This document shows positions 1 through 8,819 of a stretch of DNA of 64,000 nt, in pieces. A program made the position numbers and the translations under genes. Location of the stretch: the IMG/VR virus record IMGVR_UViG_3300008261_000084, positions 1 to 64,000 of that record. One strand, given 5' to 3'. A model generated the notes under the pieces. That model was not told where the DNA came from. It saw only the letters and a program-made list of their open reading frames with translations, and did not search any database. This stretch comes from a virus. Positions within the stretch are counted from its first letter, which is position 1; each line of letters opens with the position of its first letter.

Positions 1-114
1 TTCAATGGATACCGTGTAATGATGTCTCAAACAATGCCTGCTATTTGGGTTAAAGATCCAACTAAAGTATTGAAAATTGTTATGAGAAACCCAATCACTG
101 GTGGATCATTCTAA
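1..114 (+). CDS. 3' end of major capsid protein (partial), Crassvirales-type
   Basis: Frame 1 reads FNGYRVMMSQTMPAIWVKDPTKVLKIVMRNPITGGSF* (TAA 112-114). It resembles the GY...(I/V)xVxDP C-terminus of crAss-like MCPs, is followed by a strong terminator, and the downstream synteny fits. Confidence 0.65.
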   Translation, partial: FNGYRVMMSQTMPAIWVKDPTKVLKIVMRNPITGGSF

Positions 115-125
115 CAATACCTAGG

Positions 126-162
126 ATAGGTAGAGGATTAATTTCCTCTACCTATTTTTTTT
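126..162 (+). terminator. Rho-independent terminator after the capsid gene
   Basis: 12-bp perfect stem ATAGGTAGAGGA (126-137) / TCCTCTACCTAT (144-155), loop TTAATT, followed by a T-tract to 162. Confidence 0.9.
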
Positions 163-196
163 AATTAAATTTACAAAAACAAAAACCAACAAAACA

Positions 197-1168
197 ATGG
201 AAAATTTCACAATGGTTGAGACCGGAAAGGGCTCAGTTAAAAAAACAGCTATTGCTGTAAGACCTTACTTTGACAGCTCTGCATCTAACATGGGATTAGA
301 AGAGTATGGAATGAGTTTATTTGATGGAGTAACACACAATGAGCAACTTGCTTGTTTAGACAACAATGGTGTTGTAAGATACGTTACTGGATTGAATGAG
401 TTTGCTCCGGAAATCAAACTACTTCCTACCCAAGACAAAGAAGCTAGAATAAGAGAGATAAGAGTTGCAGTTGCAGATTTAGAACAAGAGTTAGCTGCAA
501 ATGTAATTGATATTGAAGATAAAGAATTTTGGAATAAGGTTATTTTATTAAAACCTAACAACTCAGAATTTTGGAATAAAATTTCTATGTCATGTGGTAA
601 TGATCCTGTATTCTTGGATCCTAAAGACCCATATGATAGAATTAAACTTTATGCTATTGAAGCTGGTGGATTCTCATTAGTTGCAAAAAGCTTAGAAGAT
701 GCAAGAGCAAAAGCTGTACCGCCTAAGTTTTATTTAGATAAAGAAGAAGAAACTGTAATGGTTAGAACTGAGTACAAAAAATTACGTAACAAAGCTCTAT
801 CTGAATTGCAAAAATTATTTGACAAAAACAGTACTAAGTTGTTTTACATTGCTAAAGTAGTGGATATCAACAGTACACAATATAGAAAATCTACACCTAA
901 TGATGTAATCTATGAAAACATGGATAATTACATTGCAGGTTTAGGTGGTGAAACCAACAAAGAACGTGCTGCTAAAACCTTTATGGATACAGCAAATATG
1001 GATATGGAAACACTAAAAATTAAATCAATTGTTAGAGATTCCGTATTTTTTAAGTATATTGTTAATAAGGCAGACGGTTATAACAAAGCTGTACAAGCAA
1101 TCAAATCTCCAAAAGGTAAAGTTGGAGGAATTTCTAAAGCACCAAAAAAAGCATCTCCTTGTCACTAA
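197..1168 (+). CDS. Conserved crAss-like protein encoded directly after the MCP; C-terminus possibly chimeric
   Basis: 323-aa ORF with an A-rich leader (AAAAACCAACAAAACA-ATG). The globular sequence switches abruptly to a Lys-rich low-complexity tail after ...NKADGY. Confidence 0.7.
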   Translation: MENFTMVETGKGSVKKTAIAVRPYFDSSASNMGLEEYGMSLFDGVTHNEQLACLDNNGVVRYVTGLNEFAPEIKLLPTQDKEARIREIRVAVADLEQELAANVIDIEDKEFWNKVILLKPNNSEFWNKISMSCGNDPVFLDPKDPYDRIKLYAIEAGGFSLVAKSLEDARAKAVPPKFYLDKEEETVMVRTEYKKLRNKALSELQKLFDKNSTKLFYIAKVVDINSTQYRKSTPNDVIYENMDNYIAGLGGETNKERAAKTFMDTANMDMETLKIKSIVRDSVFFKYIVNKADGYNKAVQAIKSPKGKVGGISKAPKKASPCH

Positions 1169-1178
1169 GGAGATGTTT
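1151..1178 (+). terminator. Hairpin/weak terminator overlapping the stop codon of 197..1168
   Basis: CATCTCCTT (1152-1160) / AAGGAGATG (1167-1175), 6-nt loop, followed by TTT and an AT-rich run. Confidence 0.5.
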
Positions 1179-1191
1179 AATTTATTTTAAT

Positions 1192-1494
1192 ATGGCAACA
1201 AAGAAAGTAAAAGAAGAAGTTAAGGATGAAGTAGTAAAGAATGTTAAAACTACTAAGAAACCATCATTAAGAAAACCTAGAGTTAAGAAAGTTAAACCTG
1301 TTGAAGTTAAAGAAGAGGTTGAACAAGAAGTATTACCTCAAGTTGAAAACGCTGTGTATGAAGCTACTAAAGCAATTTCTGAACACAAAGAATCAGTTGA
1401 GGAAGTAGTAAATGAAGCTAAAGACTTAACGGTTGAATCAGTATCATTAGCTACTAGAATTAAGTTATTTGTTAAAAAATTATTTAAAAAATAA
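1192..1494 (+). CDS. Small Lys/Glu/Val-rich hypothetical protein (100 aa)
   Basis: ATG at 1192 (MATKKVKEEV...) lies downstream of the hairpin and is preferred over the track's start at 1159. Ends in KKLFKK. Confidence 0.75.
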   Translation: MATKKVKEEVKDEVVKNVKTTKKPSLRKPRVKKVKPVEVKEEVEQEVLPQVENAVYEATKAISEHKESVEEVVNEAKDLTVESVSLATRIKLFVKKLFKK

Positions 1495-1499
1495 TAGTC

Positions 1500-1721
1500 A
1501 TGGCAATTAAGAAAACAGCAACTGTAAAAATAGCTGCTTCTAAAGAAATGGACAAATGGGAAGTTGAATCTGCTTTGTCTACTTTAAGAAGGGCTGATGA
1601 AATTAGAAAAAACCCTTCAATGATGACTAAAGTTAAGTCATTAGCACAAGAGCAAATTAAAGCTCTAGGAGGTGTTGTTGGAGGAACTGCTAAACCAGTA
1701 AGAACTTTGAAAAGAAAGTAA
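1500..1721 (+). CDS. Small basic hypothetical protein (73 aa)
   Basis: MAIKKTATVK...WEVESALSTLRRADEIRK...; tightly packed, TAGTC-ATG start context, TAATG coupling to the next ORF. Confidence 0.75.
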   Translation: MAIKKTATVKIAASKEMDKWEVESALSTLRRADEIRKNPSMMTKVKSLAQEQIKALGGVVGGTAKPVRTLKRK

Positions 1722-1873
1722 TGGCAAAGCAAATGCTAAAAAGAAAAGACGGTAGTGTTTCCCAGAGAGGTCTCTGGGATAACATCCGTGATAATAAAGG
1801 TTCTGAAAAGAAACCTACAGCAGCAATGCTGAAACAAGAGAAAAAGATTAAAGCAACAACAAAAAAGAAATAG
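1721..1873 (+). CDS. Small basic protein (50 aa), absent from the ORF track
   Basis: MAKQMLKRKDGSVSQRGLWDNIRDNKGSEKKPTAAMLKQEKKIKATTKKK*. ATG overlaps the previous TAA and the ORF fills the gap exactly. Confidence 0.75.
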   Translation: MAKQMLKRKDGSVSQRGLWDNIRDNKGSEKKPTAAMLKQEKKIKATTKKK

Positions 1874-1875
1874 TC

Positions 1876-2184
1876 ATGGCAAAGTGTATGAAATGTGGTG
1901 GTATGAAATATAAAACAGGAGGTTCTACAATGAAAACTACTGTTGGTTCTGCTTCACCAAAAGGACAAATTTATGGAATTCCTCAAACTGGATCAACAGG
2001 TCCTAATATTAAAGGAATTGACACAGCAAAAAATGGCGGTCCTGTAAAGAAAAAATTAGTTAAAGCGCAGAAAGGTGCTTTTGTACCATATGGTAAAGAA
2101 AGTATTGGTCCTTCTTCTGGTTCATCCATGGGTGCTATGGCAAGAAAAGGTGGTAGTGTTAAATCTAAAACTAAAAAGAAATAG
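1876..2184 (+). CDS. Small Lys/Gly-rich basic protein with multiple xxxGG motifs
   Basis: 102 aa; MKCGG, YKTGG, AKNGG, AQKGA, ARKGG; ends KTKKK. Confidence 0.75.
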   Translation: MAKCMKCGGMKYKTGGSTMKTTVGSASPKGQIYGIPQTGSTGPNIKGIDTAKNGGPVKKKLVKAQKGAFVPYGKESIGPSSGSSMGAMARKGGSVKSKTKKK

Positions 2185-2186
2185 TC

Positions 2187-2396
2187 ATGGCTTCTAGAAA
2201 AGTTACAACATCTTGTAAAAACACTAAAGTAAGATCTGCTTCAGGTAAGTGTGTATCTGAAAGACCAAGTTTAAAATCTGGAGGTAACTTAAAAACTGTA
2301 CCTGCTGATAAAACAGGTTTATCTAAATTACCTACAGCTGTTAGAAATAAAATGGGTTATAAAAAATCCGGTGGTGCAACTAAGAAAATGTGCTAG
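2187..2396 (+). CDS. Small basic protein (69 aa)
   Basis: LKSGG and KKSGG motifs flank GLSKLPTAVRNKMGY. Confidence 0.75.
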   Translation: MASRKVTTSCKNTKVRSASGKCVSERPSLKSGGNLKTVPADKTGLSKLPTAVRNKMGYKKSGGATKKMC

Positions 2397-2398
2397 TA

Positions 2399-2545
2399 AT
2401 GGCTGAAAAGAAAGATAAGAATTGGATACAAAAAGCAGTTAACCCTAAACATAAGGGTTACTGTACTCCAATGTCTAAACCTACTTGTACACCAAAGAGA
2501 AAAGCTTTGGCAAAGACATTTAAAGTAATGGCTAAAAAGAAATAA
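2399..2545 (+). CDS. Small basic protein (48 aa), absent from the ORF track
   Basis: MAEKKDKNWIQKAVNPKHKGYCTPMSKPTCTPKRKALAKTFKVMAKKK*; fills the gap with 2-nt spacers on both sides. Confidence 0.75.
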   Translation: MAEKKDKNWIQKAVNPKHKGYCTPMSKPTCTPKRKALAKTFKVMAKKK

Positions 2546-2547
2546 TT

Positions 2548-2892
2548 ATGAAAAAGAAAGAAACACTTAATCCTATTACTGCTTTTAGAAAAGCTAATGA
2601 AGCTAGAAAAGCTGTAGTAATGAAGTCTTTAAAAAAGGCTCAAGAAGGTATTGCACAAGATACATCTGCAGCACAAACACTTTATAAAAATACAAAACCT
2701 TGGGAAGGAAAAGCTAATTTTAATTCTCCTTTTGATCCTCTTCGTAGTGAAGACCTATACAAAGAAAGTCAAAAGCTGGCGAGTGAGGCTGAAGCTAATA
2801 AAAAGAAGACAGATGGCTTAAATGCAATTTACCCTGGTTACCAGACACCTTTTCAAAAAAAGAAGGGTGGTTCTGTAAAAAGAAAAAAATAA
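2548..2892 (+). CDS. Small basic protein (114 aa)
   Basis: AQEGI motif; C-terminal KKKGGSVKRKK closely matches the end of 1876..2184 (RKGGSVKSKTKKK). Confidence 0.75.
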   Translation: MKKKETLNPITAFRKANEARKAVVMKSLKKAQEGIAQDTSAAQTLYKNTKPWEGKANFNSPFDPLRSEDLYKESQKLASEAEANKKKTDGLNAIYPGYQTPFQKKKGGSVKRKK

Positions 2893-2895
2893 GAC

Positions 2896-3594
2896 ATGTT
2901 AAACAGCACTATTGAAATAAAGGTAAAACAAAGGCTAAACAAATTAGATAGCCAAGACTATGACAACATTCAATGTTGGCAAATAGTTGAGGCATTTAAT
3001 AAAGCTCAGGTAGAGTGGATAAGAAGACAGCTACATGGCCTTAATGTTCTTAAAGAAGGAGATGAAGCTAGTAACAGAAGAAAAGATGATCTTCAAAGAT
3101 TACTGGTATCTGATAACTTGACTTTAGGAAAAAGAGACCTTTATTATGAAGCATCTTTACCAGGTGATTATTTAGCTTGGAAAAGAGTTGATGTCTATGC
3201 TAATAAAGAATGCTGTGATAAGAGAAAGATGGTAGTATATCTTGCAGAGGAAGATGACTTAGCTTTACTTTTAAGAGACAAGGCTAAAGAACCAAGTTTT
3301 GAGTGGGCTGAAACATTTGCTACTTTAATGAATAATGGTGTAAAGATTTATACCAATAATAAATTTGATATTCCTAATGCATCATTAACTTATTATAGAC
3401 AACCGGTAAGAGTCCAGTTTTTAAATTGCTCAGACCCATACACCGGAGTTGCTTCTACAGCAGATGTATTATGTGAATTCAAAGATGATATTGTAGAACT
3501 AATAATTGATGATGCAGTAAGTATATTGGCAGGAGATATAGAATCAACAAACCAATACTCAAGAAACGCTCAAGCATCTGAAAGAAACAACTAA
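2896..3594 (+). CDS. Putative tail ring / head-tail adaptor structural protein
   Basis: 232 aa; N-terminal helix ending in AFNKAQ, a LPGDYL motif and a C-terminal helical region, the pattern of crAss-like ring proteins; lies in the capsid module. Confidence 0.55.
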   Translation: MLNSTIEIKVKQRLNKLDSQDYDNIQCWQIVEAFNKAQVEWIRRQLHGLNVLKEGDEASNRRKDDLQRLLVSDNLTLGKRDLYYEASLPGDYLAWKRVDVYANKECCDKRKMVVYLAEEDDLALLLRDKAKEPSFEWAETFATLMNNGVKIYTNNKFDIPNASLTYYRQPVRVQFLNCSDPYTGVASTADVLCEFKDDIVELIIDDAVSILAGDIESTNQYSRNAQASERNN

Positions 3595-3599
3595 TAATT

Positions 3600-4052
3600 A
3601 TGCAAAGAATGTTAAAGAGACCAGAGGCTACTAAAGCAACTAGCACATATGCTACTGCTCCAGCTAATGGTAATGTAGAATCACTTACTGCAGCTTGTGT
3701 AAGTGAATTAATGAATGCGGCAACTAGTTTCCACAAGTTACATTTAAAAGTAACCGGTACAGGATCCTATGCTGCACACAAAGCACTTAATGATTTGTAT
3801 GATGCATTACCTGGACATGCTGATGATTTAGCAGAAGGTTTCCAAGGGGCAACTGAAAAATTATTATCCTATGGAGAAGCTGCTCCTAGAAAGCTAGATA
3901 CTGTTGCTGACGGTATTGATTATTTAAAAGATATGTGTGATATGGTATGTAAGTTGCAAGATAAAATGCCTTACTCAGAAATAGTAAATGATCTTGACAC
4001 AATCAAATCAACTATGAATTCTGCTAAATACAAATTACTTTTCTTAAAATAA
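3600..4052 (+). CDS. Dps/ferritin-like four-helix-bundle protein
   Basis: LMNAATSFHKLHLKVTG..SYAAHKALNDLYD....ADDLAE matches the Dps ferroxidase signature H(x)nG..(F/Y)..H....(E/D).Y......D..AE. Confidence 0.8.
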   Translation: MQRMLKRPEATKATSTYATAPANGNVESLTAACVSELMNAATSFHKLHLKVTGTGSYAAHKALNDLYDALPGHADDLAEGFQGATEKLLSYGEAAPRKLDTVADGIDYLKDMCDMVCKLQDKMPYSEIVNDLDTIKSTMNSAKYKLLFLK

Positions 4053-4054
4053 TT

Positions 4055-4084
4055 TTGAATTTATAAAATCTTTTACTATATTAT
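4055..4084 (+). promoter_or_regulatory. Putative phage late promoter (TTG-N19-TATATTAT)
   Basis: TTG at 4055-4057 and ACTATATTAT at 4075-4084, intergenic; the same 10-mer recurs at 10888 and 18147. Confidence 0.5.
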
Positions 4085-4118
4085 ATATAGTGTTATTTAT
4101 TAATTAAAACAAAAAACA

Positions 4119-5705
4119 ATGAGTTATTTTAATCATGCGTTTGTTAAGACCTTTGTTGGTGTTAACGCAGCAAATCCTCAAAATGCAGGATTTACATCTA
4201 AAAACCGAGGAGTACTTGGGACACAAGGAAACATTTTGGAAACTGGACAGTTTGCATTTGTTAATCCTAAAAACTGGAAAATCCAAGATACTAACTTTCA
4301 AGGTGACTGTTGCCCATTAATTTTGGCTGCTGGATCTTTGTATTCAAAAGATAAAATTGGACCTTTCCACGGAGGGTATAAAGAGTCTAATAAATCTAAA
4401 GAAATTAATCCTAAGTATGTAAGCAAATTTTATTTTGCTCCTGCTTGTGCTCCATCTAATAATGTGATTCACGTAGGTAGAACTCCATACACAGATGATC
4501 AAGTTCTTGAAGTTTCTATCAACAATTCTGATAGTAACTTAGTTGATGGTGTATATAATGAAATCACTTTTAACGGTGGTAACGGAAATGGATTTATTGG
4601 TAAAGTTACTGTAGAAAATGGTAATGCAATATTAGTAGAGATTGTTAACGGTGGTACAGGTTATAGCGGTGGTAACAACTTATGTATTGACAATAACCAA
4701 ATTCCTTACCAAAATAGTACTAGTTACTCTACAAATGTTTGTATTACTGTACAAAATGCAGGAACTAAAGGAGCTTGTGAAAAAGAATTTTTATGTGGTG
4801 AAACTTATAACTTACGTTTAGATGTTAAAGGTTCTCCAGCAATGAGATTCTTAAATCACAATGCGTACTTGACATTAACTGCTTACACAGGGTGTTGTCC
4901 AGCTGGATCAATTTCTCCAGTAGCAGTTGATTCAACTGAAGTGTTTATCAAATGGGCTCAACAAATTGTTGACTCTCCATTGATCTCTCCATTTGTTTAC
5001 CCAGTTGTTGCAGATGAGAACAATAATTTATGGTACAAACCAGGAACTGATACAAGTTCTTTAAATACTCCTTCTGGATACAATATTGGTGGTACTTGGG
5101 ATAAATATGTATCTCCAGGACATAATGCTGGTGACATGGGTGGATTAATTTTATTTGGTGCTTATGTAGATACTAAATTTGGTGATTGTACTTTCCAAGT
5201 TTCTGATTTCTATGAAAAAGAGCCAGTAAGATTATATGCTTCTGAAACTGACTTAAATGGTGATCCATGTGAATTCCAAGGATTGTGTGTAGTTACTGAG
5301 TGTCAAGGAAGACAAGCAAATGGTTTAGGTGAAACAGTTCTTAGAGATGTAATTCTTTCAGAAAGATATAACCAAAACTTCTTCCACTCTGATTTCCGTA
5401 TCCGTGAGATTACTCAAGGAAACCAAATCTTGAGTGCAATTAACAGATCTGCATCTTACAACAGATTCTTCATCCAACATAATGTTCCACGTTTCAATAA
5501 TCCTACAAGTACTTTTGATAATGATCAATACTTATTGGAAATTATTGTTGATGATTTCATTACTCCAAATAATGGTTTTGGACAAGACTTCACTAACTTT
5601 GTTGAAAGCTGGTTAAGTGGTTGTGGTAACTCATGTTCAGAGCTTGAAATTTTTGAATGTGGTACTGACTGTGAACCATTAGTAGATGTTCCATCTGGAA
5701 TCTAA
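4119..5705 (+). CDS. Abundant structural protein (putative auxiliary capsid/decoration protein)
   Basis: 528 aa, beta-rich. Has its own promoter-like element and terminator and more C-ending codons (TTC, AAC, ATC), suggesting high expression. Synteny with the crAss-like capsid module. Confidence 0.55.
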   Translation: MSYFNHAFVKTFVGVNAANPQNAGFTSKNRGVLGTQGNILETGQFAFVNPKNWKIQDTNFQGDCCPLILAAGSLYSKDKIGPFHGGYKESNKSKEINPKYVSKFYFAPACAPSNNVIHVGRTPYTDDQVLEVSINNSDSNLVDGVYNEITFNGGNGNGFIGKVTVENGNAILVEIVNGGTGYSGGNNLCIDNNQIPYQNSTSYSTNVCITVQNAGTKGACEKEFLCGETYNLRLDVKGSPAMRFLNHNAYLTLTAYTGCCPAGSISPVAVDSTEVFIKWAQQIVDSPLISPFVYPVVADENNNLWYKPGTDTSSLNTPSGYNIGGTWDKYVSPGHNAGDMGGLILFGAYVDTKFGDCTFQVSDFYEKEPVRLYASETDLNGDPCEFQGLCVVTECQGRQANGLGETVLRDVILSERYNQNFFHSDFRIREITQGNQILSAINRSASYNRFFIQHNVPRFNNPTSTFDNDQYLLEIIVDDFITPNNGFGQDFTNFVESWLSGCGNSCSELEIFECGTDCEPLVDVPSGI

Positions 5706-5725
5706 TTAAAAACAAAAACTAAACT

Positions 5726-5763
5726 AAAGGAGAGTGAGAGTGTCAACTCTTCTCTCCTTTTTT
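5726..5763 (+). terminator. Rho-independent terminator
   Basis: AAAGGAGAG-T-GAGAGT / loop GTCA / ACTCTT-CTCTCCTTT followed by Ts. Confidence 0.85.
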
Positions 5764-5776
5764 ATTTTAAGGAATT

Positions 5777-6346
5777 ATGGCAAATCATATATTAAGTTTA
5801 GATATACCTACGGTAACAAATACCTGTGTAATGAAGATCTTTGATACTAGTGTGTATCAAACTGAATCTCCTAATATTCCTATTGTATGTCCTACACTGA
5901 CTATTACTGTACCAGGTTTTGGTACGTCAGTAGAAGTTATTGGACAAAAGATGTTAGATTTTGTTGAGACAGGTCATATTAATTTAACGGCTTGTGATCT
6001 TGGATTACAAACTCAAAATTGTGGATCACAGTTAGCAAATATACCAGATGGTATTTATGCAATTAAGTACAGTGTTTCACCAAACAACTTAGTTTTTGCT
6101 GAGTATAATTATTTAAGAATTTCTCAAGCATTAAATAAATATTATAAAGTTTTATGTGGTATTGATTTAGCAGCATGTGATCCTCCAGCAAAGATTAAGG
6201 AGAAACTAGAAAAGCTGAGATTAATAAAAATGTATTTAGAATCTGCTAAGTCAAAAGTAGAATTTTGCCATGAACCACAAAAAGGAATGAGTTTATATAA
6301 CTACGCATTAAAACTTTTGAATAAATTTGAATGTAATAATTGTTAA
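5777..6346 (+). CDS. Putative tail hub / fibre-anchoring structural protein
   Basis: 189 aa; FDTSVY and IPDGIYAIKYSV Ig-like N-part plus a helical C-part; precedes the fibre cluster. Confidence 0.5.
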   Translation: MANHILSLDIPTVTNTCVMKIFDTSVYQTESPNIPIVCPTLTITVPGFGTSVEVIGQKMLDFVETGHINLTACDLGLQTQNCGSQLANIPDGIYAIKYSVSPNNLVFAEYNYLRISQALNKYYKVLCGIDLAACDPPAKIKEKLEKLRLIKMYLESAKSKVEFCHEPQKGMSLYNYALKLLNKFECNNC

Positions 6347-6365
6347 ATTTTAAAAAACCAACAAA

Positions 6366-6554
6366 ATGAATTGTAATAATTGTAATGCAAAAATGTCTTG
6401 CGGATGTCAAAAGAGAAGAGCAAGTGATGGAACATCTTGTTGTTCAGGATGTTTAGCTTTTTATGAAAAAAAGTTAAAGGCAGAAAAAGAAATAAAAACT
6501 ATCAATGCGCCAAATAATACTTGGGGTGCTGATAGATACACATCAAATAAATAA
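6366..6554 (+). CDS. Small Cys-rich putative metal-binding protein
   Basis: 62 aa, CxxC-x5-CGC...CCxxC; A-rich leader AAAAAACCAACAAA like that at 181-196. Confidence 0.7.
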   Translation: MNCNNCNAKMSCGCQKRRASDGTSCCSGCLAFYEKKLKAEKEIKTINAPNNTWGADRYTSNK

Positions 6555-6559
6555 ATAAA

Positions 6560-8806
6560 ATGGCAATTTTAGCACCTGTAATACATTGTGATGATGCAGT
6601 GATAAATATTTCACCTAATCCCATAATAGCTAATACACCTGTTACAGGAACAATAACTATTCCTTATACAGGAGGAAGTATTGCTCCTAGTCCGTACCCA
6701 AGTGTAGATGTACCTTTAGATTCTGTTTATACAACTGATTCATCAAATCCAGGATTAACAGCAACATTAAGACCAGGTACTACTCCACAAAGTTTAAGCT
6801 TAACTGTAGGAGGGCCAGGTGAATTTATATTAGATGTAACAGGTCAAGTATCACAAAGTGGTGTACCTGTTGTGTTTAACTTTACAATGTTTGGAGGTTG
6901 TCAAATTACAATACCTGTAGCAGCGGCTCCACCATCACCATCTGTTGAGTCTTTAAATTGTATAGATCGTGTAATAAATATTACACCAAATCCTGTTATT
7001 CCAAATACTCCTGTTACAGGAACTGTTACTATTCCTTACACCGGTGGTAATGGTCAACCTTATTCTTCAGTTGTTATTAACTCAACATATAATACAGGTT
7101 TAACTGCAACATTAGTTCCAGGAACTTTATCTAATGGTTCAGGGGGAAATCTTGTTTTAAATATAACAGGACAAGTTAGTGGAGGTGGTTTACAAGCTGT
7201 TTTTGATTTTTCTTTTGGAGGACAGAATTGTGATTTTGCAATTGATGTTCCTGAATATTATCCTCAAGGTAATCAATGGTATGTATTATATCCTTGTTAC
7301 AGTGATGATTCAGACTTAAAAATTTTATTTTCAAAAGCTACAGCATTAGCAGCTCATGTAGATGAAACTAGATATTTACACTGGGGTGAATGTTTAAATC
7401 TACCACCTGATTTTTATGAACCTTGCGGGTGTTATAAAATTAAGAAATGGACAGGGTTTACACCAACAACAAATTTATATCCTAATATAAATGAAAATAA
7501 TATTGACAATAACTGTGATGATTGTAATTCATATTGTTTAAGTGTTAATGGTGTAGGTAATGTATCTTATGTATCTAGTGAAGATCAACAGATAACAACA
7601 AGTCTTCCAGCATTAATTTGTACTAAGACACAACTATATACACCATCAACACCTTCCCCTACAATAATAGCATTATCTGAATGTAGTTCATCTAATGATT
7701 GTAAAATTGACTGTTATGAATTAACTAATTGTAAAACAGGACAAATTATATATACTAACAGTTCATCATTATTTAATGCTTTTGCGGGAAACAAAGCTGT
7801 AGAACTATATGAGTATGAGGGATGCTGGACTGTTGACATAGGTATAGAATGTGAATGTTTAGTAGAAGTAACAGTTAAAAATTCTTATACAGACTGTATT
7901 AAATGTTTACCTATTGTTGCATATGTTCTTACAAATTGTGAAAATGAACTATTACAAAAATTTTCTGAAGAAGATCTATTACCTTATGTTGGAAAAATAG
8001 TTTCTTTAGATTGTGGAGATTGTTGGTATGTTGATCAAATAGATTATAAGCCACCACAAACACAAGAGTTTGTTATTGAGAATGTGTATGAATCATGTGA
8101 GCAATGTTCAAGAGCTTACTTCATATTATTTGATTGTGAAGGGTCCTTAGAGCCAATTACTACTTTTACTGATATGACTACTTATTTGGGTAGTACTTTA
8201 AAATTAGCAGGATATACAGGCTGTTGGACCGTACAAACTTCTCCTACTCCAGATTATGAAAATGCGGTAGGAGTATCTGTGACTACAGAGTTTGAAGATT
8301 GTGATGCATGTCAAACAGTTACAGGATGTACTTGTACTAAATTAAAAAATACTAGTACAGTTGAAGCTACAGCAAGTTATTTAGATTGCTCAGGTATACA
8401 ACAAACTATTACTTTAGATGCTGGAGACTCAACTGTAAAAATATGTGTTAATAGATGGTTATCAAAAAACCCTGCATATTTTGAAACAACAGAATTTGGT
8501 GATTGTGTTGAAAATGAAGGTACTGGTATTAAAGAATGTCCAGCTGTTTTAAATGGTAGAATGGTAAGACCTGGTTATACAGCACCAACTTGCGATACTG
8601 AAAAATTTGAAAGAATAACTTGTGAGACAGCAGAAATATTATACAAACAAGTTTTACAATTAAGATATGGTATAAGTAACTGTTGTCCTGAAGATGATGA
8701 TAAAGTGTTAGTTAAAAAAGAAATTCTTGACATACAAGCACTAACGGATAAGGATTATATTTGTAGTAACTTAGAAAATTGTAACTGTTCAAGTTGTAAT
8801 AATTAA
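6560..8806 (+). CDS. Cys-rich repeat structural/fibre-associated protein
   Basis: Two ~100-aa N-terminal repeats (TIPYTGG...GLTATL.PGT...TGQVS), then repeated YxLxxC...CWxV...DCxxC units and a Cys-rich tail. Confidence 0.7.
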   Translation: MAILAPVIHCDDAVINISPNPIIANTPVTGTITIPYTGGSIAPSPYPSVDVPLDSVYTTDSSNPGLTATLRPGTTPQSLSLTVGGPGEFILDVTGQVSQSGVPVVFNFTMFGGCQITIPVAAAPPSPSVESLNCIDRVINITPNPVIPNTPVTGTVTIPYTGGNGQPYSSVVINSTYNTGLTATLVPGTLSNGSGGNLVLNITGQVSGGGLQAVFDFSFGGQNCDFAIDVPEYYPQGNQWYVLYPCYSDDSDLKILFSKATALAAHVDETRYLHWGECLNLPPDFYEPCGCYKIKKWTGFTPTTNLYPNINENNIDNNCDDCNSYCLSVNGVGNVSYVSSEDQQITTSLPALICTKTQLYTPSTPSPTIIALSECSSSNDCKIDCYELTNCKTGQIIYTNSSSLFNAFAGNKAVELYEYEGCWTVDIGIECECLVEVTVKNSYTDCIKCLPIVAYVLTNCENELLQKFSEEDLLPYVGKIVSLDCGDCWYVDQIDYKPPQTQEFVIENVYESCEQCSRAYFILFDCEGSLEPITTFTDMTTYLGSTLKLAGYTGCWTVQTSPTPDYENAVGVSVTTEFEDCDACQTVTGCTCTKLKNTSTVEATASYLDCSGIQQTITLDAGDSTVKICVNRWLSKNPAYFETTEFGDCVENEGTGIKECPAVLNGRMVRPGYTAPTCDTEKFERITCETAEILYKQVLQLRYGISNCCPEDDDKVLVKKEILDIQALTDKDYICSNLENCNCSSCNN

Positions 8807-8819
8807 AATAATTTTATTT

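Noticed and set aside
1159-1191. Track start at 1159 for the 111-aa ORF
   Set aside because: It is a non-ATG start inside a hairpin and the upstream gene; ATG 1192 has a better context.
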